From Priestia abyssalis (GTDB lineage Bacteria > Bacillota > Bacilli > Bacillales > Bacillaceae_H): a stretch of 32,000 nt of DNA. The DNA is taken from positions 963,815-995,814 of the forward strand of contig NZ_KV917369.1 in the NCBI RefSeq assembly GCF_002019595.1, in the 5' to 3' direction. The notes beneath the pieces were generated by a model, which saw only the letters and a program-made list of their open reading frames with translations, did no database searches and had not been told where the DNA came from. The translations under genes were made by a program, and so were the position numbers. Of the stretch, positions 27,366 through 32,000 are shown in pieces (position 1 is the stretch's first letter; every line of letters begins with the position of its first letter).

Positions 27366-27415
27366 AGGGACCAGTGGGGGCCAGTCCCCCGATCTGGTCC
27401 GCAGTTCCCCTTTTT
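27366..27415. terminator. GC-rich compound stem-loop between convergent genes (zinc-finger remnant and fic)
   Basis: GGACCAG (27368-27374) pairs with CTGGTCC (27394-27400), with a nested GGGGG (27376-27380) / CCCCC (27386-27390) pair. A T5 run lies at 27411-27415. Confidence 0.5.
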
Positions 27416-28142
27416 AAGTGATCACGCTTAAATATAAATCTAGTGAATCTTCAATCTCGATGGCAACGAGGCGAATAAAATCGTCATAGTTTTTGGTTGT
27501 ATGAGCTTTGTCCAGTGCTTCATAGTAAGCTAATCGATTTTTTATTTTTATGATGACAGGGGGATAACCCGATTTCATTAATTCTACATTCAGCAATAGG
27601 CGGGAGGTTCTTCCGTTTCCGTCGATAAACGGGTGAATACCAACAAAAATGTCGTGAAGCTTAGCCCCTCGTTCAATTGGATGGAGACTTTGTGCCTCTT
27701 CATTATACCAATTCATCATTTTTTCCATTTCTTCTTTTATCAGATAGTGGGGAGGTAGCGTATGTTGGGCACCGGCGATGAGTACTTGCTGGTCGCGATA
27801 AGTACCTGCATAGTCTTCATCAATTCCTTTTAATACAAGTCGATGGAGGTTTTTAATTTGCCATTCTGAAAACGCTTCGTTCTTCTGGACAATCTCTTCC
27901 ACGTACAGGATGGCATCACGATGATTAATCACCTCTAAATGCTCCCTCATCGTCTTGCCTCCAACGGTAATTCCTTCTAGAACCACCTTCGTTTCATTCA
28001 TGGTTAGTGTATTTCCTTCAATCGCGTTGGAATGATAGGTCCATTCTAGTAGCATTTTTTCTTTTAAACTTTTCAACGTGTACTTGGGCAGCGGTCTCAT
28101 TGCATCTAACCGCTTTTTCTTCTCGTCAATGGATGCATACAT
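27414..28142 (-). CDS. Fic-family protein (AMPylase-type), class II with an N-terminal auto-inhibitory motif
   Basis: The Fic motif HPFIDGNGRTSR starts at aa 170. The inhibitory (S/T)xxxE(G/N) motif SNAIEG spans aa 38-43. Confidence 0.9.
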   Translation of the reverse strand: MYASIDEKKKRLDAMRPLPKYTLKSLKEKMLLEWTYHSNAIEGNTLTMNETKVVLEGITVGGKTMREHLEVINHRDAILYVEEIVQKNEAFSEWQIKNLHRLVLKGIDEDYAGTYRDQQVLIAGAQHTLPPHYLIKEEMEKMMNWYNEEAQSLHPIERGAKLHDIFVGIHPFIDGNGRTSRLLLNVELMKSGYPPVIIKIKNRLAYYEALDKAHTTKNYDDFIRLVAIEIEDSLDLYLSVIT

Positions 28143-28317
28143 TACCTATTCGCCACCTTTTGTTTATACAAGAGACAACCTCTATGGGTGTTCGCCTGGC
28201 CGCTGTTGTTTCACTGCCTTTGTTATTGGTTCTTCAAAGTGTCATCGCTTCCCAAATGCTTTCATCTGTGATGCCTTTTTCACATGATTGATCACGCTGT
28301 CACTAAGTTTTATGTTG

Positions 28318-29025
28318 TTATACCGTCATTTCCCAACTGGACATCTCGAGCCACTTCTCCTGTTCCTTATAATCCGGCATGATTTTCCCGACTAGACGCC
28401 AGAAGGATCGGTCGTGATTAAGATGGACCATATGGCACATTTCATGGACCACTACATAGTCAATCACTTTCTGTGGTGCCATGGCCAGCCTCCAGTTAAA
28501 GGTTAGCTGCAGCTTTGAATCACAAGTTCCCCATGTGGTTTTGCTGTCAGAAATAGTGATTGACCGCGGTTTGGTCTTAAAGTGAGTTTGGTAGGACGAG
28601 ATACTTTTCTTCACTAAAGCTTTACATTGTTTATAATAAAATCGTTTTAATGCTTGCTTTATTTTCTCATCCTCAAGCTGCGTTACATATATATGTAACT
28701 GATCCGTTTCCAACACAACATGGTCCTGTGAAATACTTGAATCGTGATGAATCTGAATGGGATAGGATTTTCCTAAATATAAAAAGCTCTCACCATGGTC
28801 ATAGACCTTCTCCTTCGGTCCATGCATTCGATCCTTCATTTCGTTCAATTTTTGCTGAATCAGCTCCCAATTTCCTTCTAATAATTGAATCACTTGTTCA
28901 TTAGACGTTCCTTTAGGAGCTAGAACTTCGACATGTCCATAACCATCCACCTTAATGGCAAAGGAGGTTCGATTCTTGTATTGAATGTCGTATAGGATGG
29001 TTTCCCCTAAATAGCTATGTATCAT
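28318..29025 (-). CDS. DUF45/YgjP-like zinc metallopeptidase-fold hydrolase
   Basis: HEMCHMVHLNH (HExxH) lies near the C-terminus. Size and layout are typical of the YgjP / M48-like family. Confidence 0.8.
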   Translation of the reverse strand: MIHSYLGETILYDIQYKNRTSFAIKVDGYGHVEVLAPKGTSNEQVIQLLEGNWELIQQKLNEMKDRMHGPKEKVYDHGESFLYLGKSYPIQIHHDSSISQDHVVLETDQLHIYVTQLEDEKIKQALKRFYYKQCKALVKKSISSYQTHFKTKPRSITISDSKTTWGTCDSKLQLTFNWRLAMAPQKVIDYVVVHEMCHMVHLNHDRSFWRLVGKIMPDYKEQEKWLEMSSWEMTV

Positions 29026-29042
29026 GTTATCACCTTCATGTC

Positions 29043-29558
29043 TTATCCCCTGTATCTTACCGTTAATCCTCTTAGGAATTTCCTGGAAAAATTATCTCCG
29101 CACTCTTTATAATTCTTATGGCCTTCTTTTCTCAATAAAGCTCCCAGCTCGCCTTTTGACACGATAATCCCGCCATCTTCGAAGATATCCAGCATCTCCT
29201 CACTTGTTAATTGCAAGGCGATTTTTACTTTCTTTAACAATAGATTATTCATATTTGGGGATTTGTTACTGGACGGTTGTGGTGGATTTGCCTGTCCTGG
29301 TTTCGTTTCTTGTTTTCCTCGTTTATATGTAATGAAACCATTTAAGAAAGCATCCAGCATACTGTTCGTGCATTTCATGTTTTCTTCATCGTCAGCCAAA
29401 TTTTCATCCTCGTCGTCATGGTCCTTTGTTTTGGTGAGGATCTTCAGCACTTCATCTTTGGTTACTTCTATCCCGCCAAGCTTGAAGATTTCAATCATCT
29501 CTGTATTTTTCAAATCCAGCGCGTATCTTAATCGAATCAAAATGTCGTTATTATCCAT
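29043..29558 (-). CDS. DUF1456 (YehS-like) protein with two repeats and an acidic linker
   Basis: ORF 29043..29573. The preferred start is ATG 29558 (GGAGGA, 7-8-nt spacer), giving MDNNDILIRLRYALDL. A second repeat reads LLKKVKIALQLTSEEMLDIF, and the two are joined by a DDEDENLADDEE linker. Confidence 0.8.
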   Translation of the reverse strand: MDNNDILIRLRYALDLKNTEMIEIFKLGGIEVTKDEVLKILTKTKDHDDEDENLADDEENMKCTNSMLDAFLNGFITYKRGKQETKPGQANPPQPSSNKSPNMNNLLLKKVKIALQLTSEEMLDIFEDGGIIVSKGELGALLRKEGHKNYKECGDNFSRKFLRGLTVRYRG

Positions 29559-29755
29559 TTTATAGTCCTCCATTCATGGGTACGATGCAAAAAAAACTAT
29601 CCATTTCTACAAACATATAATTTCTCACATTTATCAACCTTCGTCAACTTCTGATAAATTTATACATACATTCGGTGCCAGGCTGCCATTCAGCTAAAGT
29701 TTAAAGTGTAGAAGTGGATAGAACAAAGTATATGTATTGAAAAGGAAGAAGGAAG

Positions 29756-29783
29756 GCAGCTTGCTGTTCATCCGGCAAGCTGC
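29756..29783. terminator. Stem-loop terminator downstream of the sigma factor gene. Usable on both strands.
   Basis: GCAGCTTGC (29756-29764) pairs with GCAAGCTGC (29775-29783). T/C-rich runs flank it on both sides. Confidence 0.6.
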
Positions 29784-29833
29784 TCTCCTTTTGTTTAGAC
29801 CATCCATTTTGATGGCTGCTGTATGAGGTACGG

Positions 29834-30343
29834 TTAGTGATCCCCCAGCGTCTCAGCGACTCTTCTCAATTTCTTCTTCGCCGATCGGCCCCACCATTTG
29901 ACGGCTTCCAGTTTGACTTGATGTTCGGCGGCAATGTCTTGGAGAGGGCGGTCATTGATGATGTGTTCGTGGATGTATGTTTTTTCGCCTTCTGTCAAGT
30001 CCCGGTAGTAAAGATAAAGCATTTCCTGCTCAAGCGGTACACGGCTCATGTCTGCTTCGATGGCGTCGAGGAATTCTTCGTTGAGTGCTTTGTTATGTTC
30101 TTCGTATTTGATTTGCTTTTTTAAGGCCATTAAAAGGTGGCCTTTCATCGTCATATAGGCATAAGCGGAGAAGGTTCCTTTACTTGGATCAAACTTTTCA
30201 TACGCTTCCCATAGGGCGATGAAGCCAAGCTGGATATAGTCATCAAAGTCTTTGTAGATTCGCAGTCTTTTCAAGAGATGGTGGACCATGGGTGTGTATT
30301 GGACAAGTGCTTCTTCAAATGTAGCCGGTTTTGTGTCAAACAT
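29834..30343 (-). CDS. Small sigma-70-family RNA polymerase sigma factor (regions 2 and 4 only)
   Basis: A 169-aa protein. The region 2-like block reads YIQLGFIALWEAYEKFDPSKGTFSAYAYMTMKGHLL. The C-terminal HTH reads PLQDIAAEHQVKLEAVKWWGRSAKKKLR. The subgroup was not recognised. Confidence 0.8.
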   Translation of the reverse strand: MFDTKPATFEEALVQYTPMVHHLLKRLRIYKDFDDYIQLGFIALWEAYEKFDPSKGTFSAYAYMTMKGHLLMALKKQIKYEEHNKALNEEFLDAIEADMSRVPLEQEMLYLYYRDLTEGEKTYIHEHIINDRPLQDIAAEHQVKLEAVKWWGRSAKKKLRRVAETLGDH

Positions 30344-30709
30344 ATTCGGTTCCTTTTGAAAAGCGCGCTTTTCTTGTATTCCGCGGTATCTTTACTGTAC
30401 GGCACGGAAAGGACGGGGGCGAATGGGCTTAGAGGATGGGAGGAGAGCGGAGTTTTGTTTCCGAAGTTTGCTTGCCTGGGGACGGAGTTGGTTGGAGGAG
30501 GGAGGAATGACTTAGGAGTTCGAAGACTTATATTTCAAAAAAAATAAGTCTATCAAACTACTTTTCAAATATAAAAGTGACAAAAACACACATTTTTAAC
30601 AATTATTAACAAAATATTTACGTTGTCTTTAAAAAACTTGTCGAATCGGAAGGTATAATAGGATTGTTATATTAGACAAATAAAATATAGGAAGGATGTT
30701 GAGTTAGCT

Positions 30710-31192
30710 ATGATAGTAGATGAAACACGGGGAATTTGTTCAGACACCATGGCGGTTATGTATTACCCCGATACACAATATCAGACGTTAATACTTGAGG
30801 TAAATGGAGCATATTTAACGTCCACTTCTCCTGAAAAGTTAATTGATGAAGCTTGCTTGAAGCATGGGTCCAGTTATGAGGGAAGACGGCAGGCGGTCAT
30901 TCATGTGCTTCAATATTGGAAAAGAACTCCGTTCCCGATTGCTCCTTTGCTTGGGATTTATGCTTTTCCAAGCGCGTCATCAAGGGACCGGGACTGTGTG
31001 TGGTTATTTCTGGAACATACTCTGCAATTTTCACCAGACCCCGCGAACCATCAGCATTCCATCGCCAGATTTCGTAACGGCAAAGAGCTGGGTGTCAAAG
31101 CAAGCGCTAGATTTTTAGACACTCAATATGCACGAACGTCGGCTTGTGCATCTAAGTTCGGCTATTTGGATCTTTCTCCGTTTAAACGATAA
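30710..31192 (+). CDS. comK: ComK-family competence transcription factor homologue (short, 160 aa)
   Basis: It is colinear with B. subtilis ComK core blocks. HGSSYEGRRQ matches FGSSYAGRK, IYAFPSASSRDRDCVWLF matches IFLFPTLSSTRPQCGWIS, and the FRNGKEL region also aligns. The ComK sequence is recalled from memory. The RBS is weak. Confidence 0.75.
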   Translation: MIVDETRGICSDTMAVMYYPDTQYQTLILEVNGAYLTSTSPEKLIDEACLKHGSSYEGRRQAVIHVLQYWKRTPFPIAPLLGIYAFPSASSRDRDCVWLFLEHTLQFSPDPANHQHSIARFRNGKELGVKASARFLDTQYARTSACASKFGYLDLSPFKR

Positions 31193-31257
31193 GGTGTTTT
31201 GGTTATACATAGGAGTGGAATTTCTTAGGTCACCACACGAAATTTGTCAAATGAAGA

Positions 31258-31299
31258 AGGAGAGTAGATAGTTTAAAAGCCATTTACTCTCCTTTTTCT
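31258..31299 (+). terminator. Rho-independent terminator after comK
   Basis: AGGAGAGTA (31258-31266) pairs with TACTCTCCT (31285-31293) around an 18-nt loop. TTTTCT follows. Confidence 0.6.
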
Positions 31300-31551
31300 G
31301 ATGAAATAAACTTCCTGGATGTTTTGGTTTCTATTGTTGCACTTTTATGGGGAATTCTACACGGGATTTTGGTGCAAGACCCCCATTCACACAAGGGAAA
31401 AATAGGATTTTAGTTTAAAAGTGAGCCAAATGTATCGATAAATGGTTAGAGGAAATAAATAAAAGGTGTATTTCAAATACATAAATAAGCCAATTGGATT
31501 ATATAATGAAAGTGTTTTAATGATTAAGGAAATTAAAACAGGGGGAATGGT

Positions 31552-32000
31552 ATGAAAAGGCTTATTTCATGGTTAGTGATGATGGTGTTGCTATTTACGG
31601 CAGGAATTGCTTCAGCTCACGGTTTGCATGCAGGCCACACAGAAAAGAAGCTTTCAGTGCTTGTTAACGGTGTGGACATTCAATCAGACTTAAATCATAT
31701 CCATCAATCTAAAGTGTATGTCGATATGGAAGAATTTGCGGATTTATTTGGCAAGACTTTTGAATTAAGCAAGAATAAGAAAGTAGTCACCTTTAATGGT
31801 AAAAAATTGAACGATATTAGATTCGTAAATGGTGAACCGACTGTATGGATTGATAAGCTTGGGACCGCAGTTGGGGCACAAAACATTAGCTGGGATGAAA
31901 AGAACGGCGAAGCTTACATGTTAGTACTGCCAGAAGGAACGATTCAATTAGACCCTCATGTCGTACCTGCTATGGGAGAACACTGGGCAAATCCTAAAGA
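31552..32000 (+). CDS. Secreted protein, 3'-truncated by the window edge. Signal peptide plus a copper-amine-oxidase-N-terminal-like (stalk) domain.
   Basis: ATG 31552 follows a GGGGGA RBS. The signal peptide MKRLISWLVMMVLLFTAGIASA is followed by HG. LSVLVNGVDIQ...VYVDMEEFADLFG...VTFNGKKL resembles the stalk domain. The frame stays open to the end of the window. Confidence 0.7.
   Translation, partial: MKRLISWLVMMVLLFTAGIASAHGLHAGHTEKKLSVLVNGVDIQSDLNHIHQSKVYVDMEEFADLFGKTFELSKNKKVVTFNGKKLNDIRFVNGEPTVWIDKLGTAVGAQNISWDEKNGEAYMLVLPEGTIQLDPHVVPAMGEHWANPK

Noticed and set aside
30278-30547. An 89-aa plus-strand ORF across the G-rich segment.
   Set aside because: It overlaps the sigma gene 5' end. 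Its Gly/Arg/Glu-rich product is a by-product of the G-skew, and no RBS is present.
30560-30660. Possible ComK boxes and a -35/-10 pair for comK.
   Set aside because: The A/T tracts have N6 rather than N5 spacing. TTGTCG is only 10 nt from the TATAAT. Only the -10 hexamer itself is convincing.
1-32000. A scan for rRNA, tRNA, CRISPR repeats and tandem repeats.
   Set aside because: I saw no cloverleaf-like conserved tRNA blocks, no regularly spaced direct repeats, and no rRNA-like sequence.

Overview
This window looks like chromosomal DNA from a low-GC Firmicute, probably Bacillaceae, based on GtaB, PgcA, YwqE and ComK homologues. Positions ~0.3-24.7 kb form one long plus-strand Wzx/Wzy-type polysaccharide locus (capsule, EPS or cell-wall glycan). 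It starts with two tandem CpsB/YwqE-type PHP tyrosine phosphatase paralogues; the first has degenerate metal-ligand motifs. A 0.7-kb ORF-poor, highly structured spacer follows, then gtaB/galU and an initiating phosphoglycosyl transferase. Next is a ~14-kb strikingly AT-rich glycan-specific cassette: WbpA-like UDP-sugar 6-dehydrogenase, three GT4-type glycosyltransferases, Wzy-like polymerase, WecF-like GT56 transferase, hexapeptide acetyltransferase, DegT-type aminotransferase, Wzx flippase, RmlA and RmlB. RmlC and RmlD are absent. At normal GC the locus continues with a GDP-mannose supply module (manC, manA, PgcA-like mutase) and galE flanked by two VanZ-like genes. The right part (25-32 kb) is mixed: a ROK kinase without the zinc motif, a Nudix hydrolase, a start-less C4 zinc-finger gene remnant, a class II Fic protein, a DUF45/YgjP metallopeptidase, a DUF1456/YehS-like protein, a small sigma-70 factor divergent from a short comK homologue, and a 3'-truncated secreted protein. 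I recognised no rRNA, tRNA, CRISPR array or intact IS. The most interesting points are: the apparently catalytically dead phosphatase paralogue; a pseudoknot-capable leader that may be an EAR-type antiterminator, paired with an internal intrinsic terminator; an ECA-like dTDP-4-acetamido-4,6-dideoxyhexose/WecF module in a Gram-positive host; a glycosyltransferase whose conserved N-terminus has only an ATA start; and a sigma-factor/comK divergent pair with a strongly G/C-skewed leader. All functional calls come from motif recognition by eye. No database search was run.
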